From Geobacter sulfurreducens PCA (GTDB lineage Bacteria > Desulfobacterota > Desulfuromonadia > Geobacterales > Geobacteraceae), in assembly GCF_000007985.2 (NCBI RefSeq), contig NC_002939.5, positions 90,001-122,000 of the forward strand: a stretch of DNA of 32,000 bases, in the 5' to 3' direction. Both the position numbers and the translations under genes were made by a program. Positions 24,855-32,000 of the stretch are shown here, piece by piece. Below the pieces are notes generated by a model that worked only from the letters and a program-made list of their open reading frames with translations, made no database searches and had not been told where the DNA came from. Position 1 is the first letter of the stretch. Every line of letters starts with the position of its first letter.

Positions 24855-26633
24855 ATGCACTACGGCAGCGCCTACGAAGATGAAATAGTCGGCAAGGCAT
24901 ACGATCGGGGGCTCATGCTGCGGTTCATCCGCTATGTGCATCCCTATCGCTGGCTGGCGCTGGCGGCGCTCGTGCTCCTGCCGCTCTCGGCGGCGGCCCG
25001 GCTGGCGCAGCCGCTGGTCCTCAAGGCCGCCATCGACGATCACATCGTCACGGGACGGCTGGAGGGATTGCCGCTGGTTGCCGCAGGGTTTCTCCTGCTC
25101 ATCGTGGCCGAATCGCTGATAACCTTTCTCGAAGTGTGGCTTCTCCAGTACCTGGGACAGCGGGTAATGCTCGACCTGCGGTTGGAGCTGTTCGCCCACG
25201 TGCAGCGACTTCCCGTCTCTTTCTTCGACCGTACCGCCACCGGCGGCCTCGTGACACGGCTTACCAGCGACGTGGAGGTGCTCGGCGAAATGTTTGCCGC
25301 CGGCATCATAACTGTTGTTGGCGACATCCTCTTTCTGGCCGGTATCGTCGGCGTAATGCTCTGGTTGAACCCCCCGCTTTCGTTGATCACCTTTTCGGTG
25401 CTGCCGCTGCTTGTCTGGGTCGCTTTCACATTCAGGATCAGGATGCGCAAGGCGTTTCGGGAGGTGCGCGCCCGCCTGGCGAACCTGAACACTTTTTTGG
25501 CCGAAACCATCGGCGGAATGTCGGTGATTCAGCTCTTCAACCGGCAAGCCGGGGAGCGCGCCGAGTTTTCCCGGCTCAACGGCTCATACCGTGACGCCAA
25601 TCTGCCGGTCATCACCTGGGACGCCTCTCTCTACGCTCTTGTGGAGACACTCTCCTCGGTGGCTGTCGGCCTCATCATCTGGTACGGCGGAGGAGAGGTC
25701 CTCAGGGGAGCCCTTACCTTCGGAGCGCTGGTTGCCTTCATTCAGTACATCGAGAAATTTTTCGGCCCGATCCGGGACCTGTCGGCAAAATACTCCATCA
25801 TGCAGGGCGCCATGGCCGCCCTTGAGCGGATCTTCGGCCTGCTCGACACGGCACCCGATCATGACGCCGGGGTCAGCGGTCCTGCCGTCAGCGCCGGCGC
25901 GCCTCCCATCGAAACCATCCGGTTTCGCAACGTCTGGTTTGCCTACCAGGAGGACGACTACGTCCTGCGTGGAATCGACCTGACGATTCGCCGGGGCGAG
26001 ACCGTGGCGCTCGTTGGGGAGACCGGCGGCGGCAAGACGACGGTGACCCGACTCCTTTCGCGCTTCTACGACGTAAATAGGGGCGACATCCTTTTCAACG
26101 GCGATGATGTCCGCTCAATCCCCCTGTCAGAGCTCCGCCGACGGATCGGGGTGGTTCTCCAGGACCCTTATCTCTTCACCGGCACGGTGGGCTTCAACAT
26201 TCATCTGGGAGACGAGCGTGCCCGTGCCCGGATGGATGACGCAGCCCGACTGGTGGGGGCAGACCGCTTTATCCGTCTCCTCCCCGGAGGTTACGACGAG
26301 CAGGTGCGCGAGCGAGGGAGCAACCTGTCGGCCGGGGAGCGCCAACTCATTTCCTTTGCCCGCGCCGTTGCCTTCGACCCTGAGATTCTCGTGCTGGACG
26401 AAGCAACCGCCAGCATCGACACCGAGTCGGAGCGGCTCATTCAGGACGGGCTTGCCGCACTCATGGCTGGTCGCACTTCCATTGTGGTGGCGCACCGCCT
26501 CTCGACGGTCCAGGGGGCGGACCGGATAGTGGTCATCCACCGGGGAGAAAAGGTAGAAGAGGGGACCCACGGCGAGCTCCTGGCGCAAGGGGGCATCTAT
26601 GCACGGCTCTATCAGCTTCAGTTCAGGGATTGA
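24855..26633 (+). CDS. ABC exporter half-transporter (TMD-NBD fusion), non-canonical signature motif (LSAGE)
   Basis: TMD plus NBD. Motifs: Walker A GETGGGKTT, Q-loop VLQD, signature LSAGERQL (consensus is LSGGQ), canonical Walker B ILVLDEATASID, H-loop VAHRL. ATG 24855 sits behind GGAGAG, so I prefer it to the ORF-track start at 24777, which lies just 5 nt past the mglA terminator. Confidence 0.9.
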   Translation: MHYGSAYEDEIVGKAYDRGLMLRFIRYVHPYRWLALAALVLLPLSAAARLAQPLVLKAAIDDHIVTGRLEGLPLVAAGFLLLIVAESLITFLEVWLLQYLGQRVMLDLRLELFAHVQRLPVSFFDRTATGGLVTRLTSDVEVLGEMFAAGIITVVGDILFLAGIVGVMLWLNPPLSLITFSVLPLLVWVAFTFRIRMRKAFREVRARLANLNTFLAETIGGMSVIQLFNRQAGERAEFSRLNGSYRDANLPVITWDASLYALVETLSSVAVGLIIWYGGGEVLRGALTFGALVAFIQYIEKFFGPIRDLSAKYSIMQGAMAALERIFGLLDTAPDHDAGVSGPAVSAGAPPIETIRFRNVWFAYQEDDYVLRGIDLTIRRGETVALVGETGGGKTTVTRLLSRFYDVNRGDILFNGDDVRSIPLSELRRRIGVVLQDPYLFTGTVGFNIHLGDERARARMDDAARLVGADRFIRLLPGGYDEQVRERGSNLSAGERQLISFARAVAFDPEILVLDEATASIDTESERLIQDGLAALMAGRTSIVVAHRLSTVQGADRIVVIHRGEKVEEGTHGELLAQGGIYARLYQLQFRD

Positions 26634-26663
26634 CCTGATGTTGCATTTTCCGGAGGTATTGTT

Positions 26664-28574
26664 ATGAAGCATTTGATTCTCGGCACTGCCGGGCACATCG
26701 ACCACGGCAAGACGTCACTGGTACGGGCCCTTACCGGCATCGACACCGATCGCCTCCCCGAGGAAAAGGCGCGCGGCATTACCATCGAGCTGGGATTCGC
26801 CCACCTTGAGCTGCCGGGAGGGCTTCAGTTCGGCATCGTGGACGTGCCGGGGCATGAGCGTTTCGTCAGGACCATGGTGGCGGGGGTCGGCGGCATGGAC
26901 CTGGTGATGCTCGTCATTGCCGCAGACGAAGGTGTCATGCCCCAGACCCGGGAGCACCTGGAGATCTGTCAGCTCTTGGGGGTCAAAAAGGGGCTTGTTG
27001 CCCTTACCAAGAGCGATATGGTCGATCCTGACTGGCTGGAGCTGGTAGTGGAGGAGGTCCGGGACTATCTGGCAGGGAGCTTTCTTGAGGAGGCGCCCAT
27101 CGTGCCGGTCTCTTCCCGGACCGGTGCCGGCATCGAGGCCGTCAAGGCGGAGCTGGCGCGACTGGCAGGCCAGGTGGACGAAAAGAAGACAGAGGGTCCC
27201 TTTCGCCTTCCGGTTGATCGAGTCTTCACGGTTACGGGCTTTGGCACGGTGGTCACCGGCACCCTGCTGTCGGGCGCCATCAGCGTGGGAGACGAGGTAG
27301 AGCTTCTGCCGTCGGGGCTGTCCGCCCGGGTTCGGGGGGTCCAGACCCACGGCCGCCGGGGGGATGCCGCCAGCGCTGGGCAGCGGGTGGCGGTCAACCT
27401 TCAGGGGGTGGAGCATACGGAGGTAGGACGGGGAGATATCGTGGTTCCGCGTGGCGTCTACCGGACCACTCGCGCCGTGGATGCCCGGCTCGACTATCTG
27501 CCGTCGGCACCTCGGGAGTTGCGGCACCGCTCGACGCTCCGGCTGCACTCCGCCACCTATGAGGTGCCTGCCCAAGTGATTCTGCTGGACCGTGACGTGC
27601 TCGCCCCCGGAGATTCGACGTTCGTCCAGCTGCGCCTCAGGCACCCCGTCCTCCTGCTGCCGGGAGACCCCTTCGTGCTCCGCTCCTACTCTCCCCAAGC
27701 AACCCTTGGCGGGGGAAAAGTGCTCGACCCCATGCCCCCGCGCCGCCGCCGCCGTTCCGACGAAGCTCTTGCGCTCCTGGAGGCGCTCGGTGAGCGTTCC
27801 GAGTCCGATACGGTGCGGCTTCTCGTGTCGGGCAGCCTGCTCACCGGCATCTGCTTCGAGGACATTGTCGTGCGCGGCGGTCTCAGCGCCCGGCGCGCCG
27901 AGGCTACCATGGCAACGCTTCTGTCATCCGGCGAAGTGGTCCAGATGGTGCGCGAACCGCGCATATTCCTCTCCCGCGCCTCCTTTGTCTCGCTCAAAGG
28001 GGGTCTGTTGTCTGAGGTCGAGGGGTATCTCCGGGACAACCCACTCAGGGAAGGTCTCGGCAAGGAAGAACTCAAGACCCGCCTGCCGCGGCGCAGCGAT
28101 CCACGGTTCTTCACGCCCCTTCTCACTTCCCTCGAGAAAGAGGGCAAGATCGTTGTGGATCGTGATCTGGTGAAGCTGCCGGGCCGCAAGGGAACGATAA
28201 CTGTGGACCAGGCGGATCTTCAGGTCCGCCTCGAGAAAGCGCTCCAGCGCGGCGGGTATGAGCCGCCCACCATCAAGGAGATGTGCGACTCCCTGCGCTG
28301 CGCTGAAAAAATGCTGCTGGAGCACCTCAACATTCTGGCCCGCGAGGAGCGGGCGGTCAAGGTGAAGAGCGACATTTTCTATGCACCAGAGCCTGTGGCT
28401 GACATCCGAGAGAAACTCATGGCATACCTCCGTGAGAAGGGAGAAATAATGCCGCCGGAGTTCCGGGAGCTCACGGGGCTGTCGCGTAAGTTCATGATCC
28501 CGCTGCTCGAATTTTTCGACCAGGAAAAAATAACGATTCGTGTGGGCGACAAACGGGTTCTCAGGCGGGGATGA
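26664..28574 (+). CDS. selB: Selenocysteine-specific translation elongation factor SelB
   Basis: G domain [26 protein letters not shown]-Tu-like domains II/III, then a long winged-helix C-terminal extension ending ...[20 protein letters not shown], typical of the SECIS-binding part. GGAGG SD. Confidence 0.93.
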   Translation: MKHLILGTAGHIDHGKTSLVRALTGIDTDRLPEEKARGITIELGFAHLELPGGLQFGIVDVPGHERFVRTMVAGVGGMDLVMLVIAADEGVMPQTREHLEICQLLGVKKGLVALTKSDMVDPDWLELVVEEVRDYLAGSFLEEAPIVPVSSRTGAGIEAVKAELARLAGQVDEKKTEGPFRLPVDRVFTVTGFGTVVTGTLLSGAISVGDEVELLPSGLSARVRGVQTHGRRGDAASAGQRVAVNLQGVEHTEVGRGDIVVPRGVYRTTRAVDARLDYLPSAPRELRHRSTLRLHSATYEVPAQVILLDRDVLAPGDSTFVQLRLRHPVLLLPGDPFVLRSYSPQATLGGGKVLDPMPPRRRRRSDEALALLEALGERSESDTVRLLVSGSLLTGICFEDIVVRGGLSARRAEATMATLLSSGEVVQMVREPRIFLSRASFVSLKGGLLSEVEGYLRDNPLREGLGKEELKTRLPRRSDPRFFTPLLTSLEKEGKIVVDRDLVKLPGRKGTITVDQADLQVRLEKALQRGGYEPPTIKEMCDSLRCAEKMLLEHLNILAREERAVKVKSDIFYAPEPVADIREKLMAYLREKGEIMPPEFRELTGLSRKFMIPLLEFFDQEKITIRVGDKRVLRRG

Positions 28575-28721
28575 TGCGTCGTATAGGGAAATCCCTGAAT
28601 TGCATAGGTGATGGCATAGGGTATTATTTCTCTGAATAATGCTTAATAGCTTTCGGCAGCTCAGAGGGAATTTTATTGGCCCGTACCATGGGTGTATTCA
28701 TTTGTGTGGCTGGGTGCAGAC

Positions 28722-30833
28722 ATGGACAATGCACTGACGCTTCAACCCCTCGAACGAATTGTCACCGAACACGAAGGATGGCTTGCGGCTCGCGCGCTCG
28801 GCTACGCCAAAAGCTGCGGCTACACGCGCTATACGTCCACGCTTGAAGAAGCCTGGCGGATTTCCATCGCTGGCCTTTCCGCGTCGCTCATCCATGCTCT
28901 CCGGGCAAAAGAGCCGATTCCCGAGTTGTCGCCGGATTACGATTCCGTTGCAGACCCCGTTACGCTGTTCGGCATTGAGGAAGCCCGACGTCACCGCATG
29001 CGCGGTGTGACGCTCGGTATGTTCCTCGGCCTCATGAAATACTACCGCCGCAGCTACCAGGATCTGGTGCGCGGCAGTGGGGTGGATGAGAAAACCCTTG
29101 AATCCGGCCGGCTCTTCATCGACCGTTTTTTTGACCGTGTTGAAATTGGGTTCACCACTGAATGGTCATCGGTTTCCGATCCCCAGCGGCTTGCCGAACT
29201 GGAGGAGGCCAACCGGTCCATCACCAACGAGAAGAACAGGCTCCTCACACTGTTTGAAAGCATCCCTTCTCCTGTTATGCTTCTGGGTGCCGACGGCCGG
29301 CCAGTACTCATGAACCATGCTGCAGTCGAGTTATTCGCCGGTCCGACGCCGCCCGGCACGCATTACTATCGTGAGAGTGGAAGCCCAGGGCTGGAGGTGG
29401 CCGTCCCCCGCTGGAGCCGGCTGAAGCGTTTTCTGAAGGGGAAGGCGCGGGAGGCGCGTTTCGAGGAGAGCATCGACACAGCTGCCGGGTGCCGGTATTT
29501 TCTGGTTACCGTGCAGCGGATGCTCGACGTCAGTGAAAAATTTTGCGGAACGACTATCATCCTTTCCGACCTCACCGGCCGCAAACTCGCCGAAGATGAA
29601 CTCCAGCACCTTGTGGCAGAGATGGAAGATCGGATCAGGTCTCGAACCGCTGAATTGCTGGATGCGAACACGCGTCTGCTGGAAGAGATTGAGGAGCGCC
29701 GCAGGTCTGAGCGCTTTTTCCACGCCACGATTGATTCTCTGACAGCTCCAGTTGCCATTTTGAACGGCGAGGGGGACATCGTCACCGTCAACCGGGCTTG
29801 GCGAAAATTCGCCGATGAAAACGGGGGGCTTCACCCCAATCACTTCATTGGGTACAATTATCTCGGATTGTGCGATAACGTGAAGGGTGACGATGCCGTC
29901 ACCGCTTCCGCTGTGGCGCGGGGTATTCGAGAGTTGATAGCCGGCCGCATCAATGAGTTCCATGTGGATTATCCATGCCACTCCCCCGATGAGCAACGGT
30001 GGTTCCAGGTCCGTGTCACGAGGCTTGAGAACGGCAGCCGTGGCCGGGTCGCCGTGGTCCATGAAAACATCTCCGAGGTGAAGAAGGCCCAGGAGGAAAT
30101 TCTGTCCCTGAACCGTAGCCTCGAGGAGCGAATCAGGCACCGGACCCAGCAGCTCGAATGCTCTAACAGGGAGCTCGAAGGATTCTGCTACGCCGTATCC
30201 CATGATCTTCGCTCCCATCTGGCGAGGCTTGAGGGCCTTGGCCGGGGACTGCTCGAAGACTGTTTCGCAGGTCTCGACAACCAGGCCCGTCACTATGCGG
30301 AGCGAATTTGCCGCATCAGTATGGACCTGCGCAGGGCCATTGACTCCTTGCTGGACCTCAGTCGGCTCGCTCGGTGCGAACTTTCTAACGTAACCGTGGA
30401 TTTGAGTGGGGTGGCGGAGCGGGTCGCTGAAGAACTGCACCAGTTGCAGCCGTTAAGACGGGTGAGTTTTTCCCTTGAGCCCGGCGTAATCGTGCGAGGT
30501 GACCCGCAGCTCCTGGAAACGGTCATGCGGCACTTGATGGGTAATGCATGGAAATTCACCAGCCGCCGCGAGGACGCAGAGATAGCCTTCGGCTCGACCA
30601 TGCTCCACGGTATGAAGACCTGCTTTGTGCGTGACAACGGCGTCGGTTTCGACATGAGGTATGCCGGCACTCTGTTCCAGCCATTCCAGCGGCTTCATGG
30701 CCCTGCCGAGTTCGACGGCGCCGGGATTGGACTGGCAACTGTGCAGAGGATCATTCAGCGTCACGGCGGGCGCATCTGGGCCGAAGGAGAGAGTGGAAAA
30801 GGTGCCGTATTTTTCTTCGTTTTTCCCGATTAA
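28722..30833 (+). CDS. Cytoplasmic multi-PAS sensor histidine kinase
   Basis: No hydrophobic TM segment. PAS-like regions sit around FESIPSPVMLLGADGRPVLMNHAA and IDSLTAPVAILNGEGDIVTVNRAW. H-box FCYAVSHDLRSHL, N-box GNAWKF, G1 DNGVGFD, G2 GAGIGLATV. Start is ATG 28722 or GTG 28692. Confidence 0.85.
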   Translation: MDNALTLQPLERIVTEHEGWLAARALGYAKSCGYTRYTSTLEEAWRISIAGLSASLIHALRAKEPIPELSPDYDSVADPVTLFGIEEARRHRMRGVTLGMFLGLMKYYRRSYQDLVRGSGVDEKTLESGRLFIDRFFDRVEIGFTTEWSSVSDPQRLAELEEANRSITNEKNRLLTLFESIPSPVMLLGADGRPVLMNHAAVELFAGPTPPGTHYYRESGSPGLEVAVPRWSRLKRFLKGKAREARFEESIDTAAGCRYFLVTVQRMLDVSEKFCGTTIILSDLTGRKLAEDELQHLVAEMEDRIRSRTAELLDANTRLLEEIEERRRSERFFHATIDSLTAPVAILNGEGDIVTVNRAWRKFADENGGLHPNHFIGYNYLGLCDNVKGDDAVTASAVARGIRELIAGRINEFHVDYPCHSPDEQRWFQVRVTRLENGSRGRVAVVHENISEVKKAQEEILSLNRSLEERIRHRTQQLECSNRELEGFCYAVSHDLRSHLARLEGLGRGLLEDCFAGLDNQARHYAERICRISMDLRRAIDSLLDLSRLARCELSNVTVDLSGVAERVAEELHQLQPLRRVSFSLEPGVIVRGDPQLLETVMRHLMGNAWKFTSRREDAEIAFGSTMLHGMKTCFVRDNGVGFDMRYAGTLFQPFQRLHGPAEFDGAGIGLATVQRIIQRHGGRIWAEGESGKGAVFFFVFPD

Positions 30834-30847
30834 TCGATAGAGGTGGG

Positions 30848-31240
30848 GTGGTGGACACCAAGACGATACTACTTGTGGAGGACAATCCCGACGACGAGTT
30901 CCTTGCGCTACGGGCGTTGCGGCGTCATGGGCTGCAGGACGTTGTCGTGGCCCGTGACGGAGAACAGGCGGTCGGCCAGCTCTTCGAGGCGGCCCCCCCC
31001 CTGGACCCCTGGCTCGTGCTTCTCGACCTCAAGCTGCCGAAGATGAACGGCCTTGAGGTCTTGCGCACCATTCGCAGCGAAGAGCGTACCCGGCATACTC
31101 CGGTCATCGTCATCAGCTCGTCCCAGGAGGAAACCGATGTGGTAAAATGCCGCGAACTGGGCGTTCTGGCTTATCTGACGAAGCCCATTGATGGTGAGAA
31201 GATCATGGCGCTTCTCGCGACGGCGGGCCTGTCATTCTGA
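30848..31240 (+). CDS. Stand-alone response-regulator receiver (CheY-like) protein
   Basis: ILLVEDNPDDEFL (acidic pocket), phospho-acceptor context LVLLDLKLPKMNG, VIVISSS (Ser/Thr) and LTKP (Lys). 130 aa with no output domain. GTG start behind GAGGTGGGG. Confidence 0.88.
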   Translation: MVDTKTILLVEDNPDDEFLALRALRRHGLQDVVVARDGEQAVGQLFEAAPPLDPWLVLLDLKLPKMNGLEVLRTIRSEERTRHTPVIVISSSQEETDVVKCRELGVLAYLTKPIDGEKIMALLATAGLSF

Positions 31241-31300
31241 CCGGCTCTGCGTCACGGCCCTCCGCCTGCTCGCAGCTCGCAGTGGCCGGGTGCAGGCGGG

Positions 31301-31582
31301 CTATTCTCCAGCCTGCGGTTTCACCTTGTGACATTCAAGGCAGGCGGCATCTTTCACGCGGCGCTCCATCAGCGACGCCTTGTCCTTAGGCTGCCCCTTT
31401 CCCATGAGGCGTTCGCCGACTTTGTGGCAACCGAAGCAGCCCCGTCCCCGCACGGCCTCGTGCATTTTTACCATGGCCGGGTTTTTACTGTGACAGACGT
31501 TGCATTCGAAGGCCCCGGCCAGAGAAATATCTCCTGCCAGGAACCAAACCATCGCCATTGCCAGAACGAGATGCATGTTCAT
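31301..31582 (-). CDS. Small secreted triheme c-type cytochrome
   Basis: Three CxxCH motifs (CNVCH, CFGCH, CLECH) in about 70 mature residues. N-terminal signal peptide MNMHLVLAMAMVWFLAGDISLAGA. ATG 31582 has GAGG 6 nt upstream, so I prefer it to 31612. Confidence 0.8.
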   Translation of the reverse strand: MNMHLVLAMAMVWFLAGDISLAGAFECNVCHSKNPAMVKMHEAVRGRGCFGCHKVGERLMGKGQPKDKASLMERRVKDAACLECHKVKPQAGE

Positions 31583-31607
31583 ACGTAACCTCGGGAGTTT
31601 TAGCCAT

Positions 31608-31650
31608 ACCATACCCTGAGTGGCTCCCCGAAGGTTTGACGTAAGTCAAA
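31608..31650 (-). promoter_or_regulatory. Candidate Crp/Fnr-family operator plus -10 element upstream of the cytochrome gene
   Basis: Perfect palindrome TTTGAC-GTAA-GTCAAA at 31635-31650 (compare Fnr TTGAT-N4-ATCAA). On the minus strand a TATGGT hexamer (31613-31608) falls at -12..-7 if the palindrome centre is placed at -41.5. That geometry is class II. Confidence 0.4.
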
Positions 31651-31769
31651 GAGAAACCCCCTCCCGTTCAACAGCTTGAAAGAACGCAGGAAAAATACCT
31701 TCACAAACGGTGTCGAGTATGGTAACTATCACGAGTTTCCAGGACTGCCAACGACGAAGCGATTGAGCC

Positions 31770-32000
31770 ATGGCCAAAATAATCTGTATCGCCAATCAAA
31801 AAGGGGGGGTCGGCAAGACCACCACGGCCGTTAATCTGGCAGCATCCCTTGCTGCAGCCGAGAAGCAAACGCTGCTGGTCGACATGGATCCCCAGGGGAA
31901 TGCCGGCAGCGGTGTCGGTGTTGACAAGGCTGGGCTGGAGGAATCGGTCTACGACGCCATCATCAATGATGTGGACCCGTCGGGACTCATCGTCGGAACC
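31770..32000 (+). CDS. parA: ParA/Soj chromosome-partitioning ATPase, 3'-truncated by the window edge
   Basis: [28 protein letters not shown] (deviant Walker A KGGVGKTT), then [11 protein letters not shown]. The frame is open to the last base of the window. It is absent from the ORF track because no stop is present. Confidence 0.9.
   Translation, partial: MAKIICIANQKGGVGKTTTAVNLAASLAAAEKQTLLVDMDPQGNAGSGVGVDKAGLEESVYDAIINDVDPSGLIVGT

Noticed and set aside
31253-31297. Hairpin (CGCCTGC / GCAGGCG with a 22-nt loop) between the receiver gene and the cytochrome gene, as a bidirectional terminator
   Set aside because: The loop is large and neither side has a U-tract. The evidence is too weak to call.
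1-32000. CRISPR arrays, IS elements, integrases, att-like duplication of the tRNA-Ser 3' end, rRNA genes
   Set aside because: I looked for regularly spaced direct repeats, transposase or integrase motifs, and a second copy of the tRNA 3' half. None was seen.

Overview
High-GC chromosomal window that reads as core genome of a Geobacter-type (Desulfuromonadales) deltaproteobacterium. This placement rests on gene content, order and protein motifs only. I support 31 candidate CDS (two short and weak, two cut by the window edges), one tRNA-Ser(GGA), one SRP (4.5S-type) RNA, four intrinsic terminators and a few candidate promoter or operator sites. Gene order: partial hypothetical; small ORF + PilZ; XRE-cupin regulator; htrA; 87-aa ORF; rluD-pgeF; aminotransferase. 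On the minus strand follows an eight-gene hdrC-hdrB-hdrA-mvhD-flxC-flxB-orf122-flxA operon, a Flx-Hdr-like flavin/FeS module. Then come an AT-rich spacer with an orphan small ORF; ABC half-exporter 1; tRNA-Ser; ffs; dnaX-ybaB-recR; a 1195-aa pyruvate:ferredoxin oxidoreductase; mglB-mglA; ABC half-exporter 2; selB; a PAS histidine kinase plus receiver; a triheme cytochrome c; and parA (partial). I see no CRISPR array, transposase, integrase, phage or recognisable defence genes, and no clearly novel multi-gene system. The points most worth follow-up are: (1) the two ABC half-exporters, 8.4 kb apart, have exactly complementary degenerate and consensus ATP-site motifs, suggesting a split heterodimer. 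(2) dnaX carries an A9 run with an immediate -1-frame stop, just ahead of its C-terminal tail. (3) A Cys-free 122-aa ORF is embedded in the Hdr/Flx operon. (4) A Crp/Fnr-type palindrome sits at class-II spacing upstream of the triheme cytochrome. (5) An AT-rich island lies between the hdr operon and the ABC gene. The many long ORFs antisense to real genes are high-GC artefacts.
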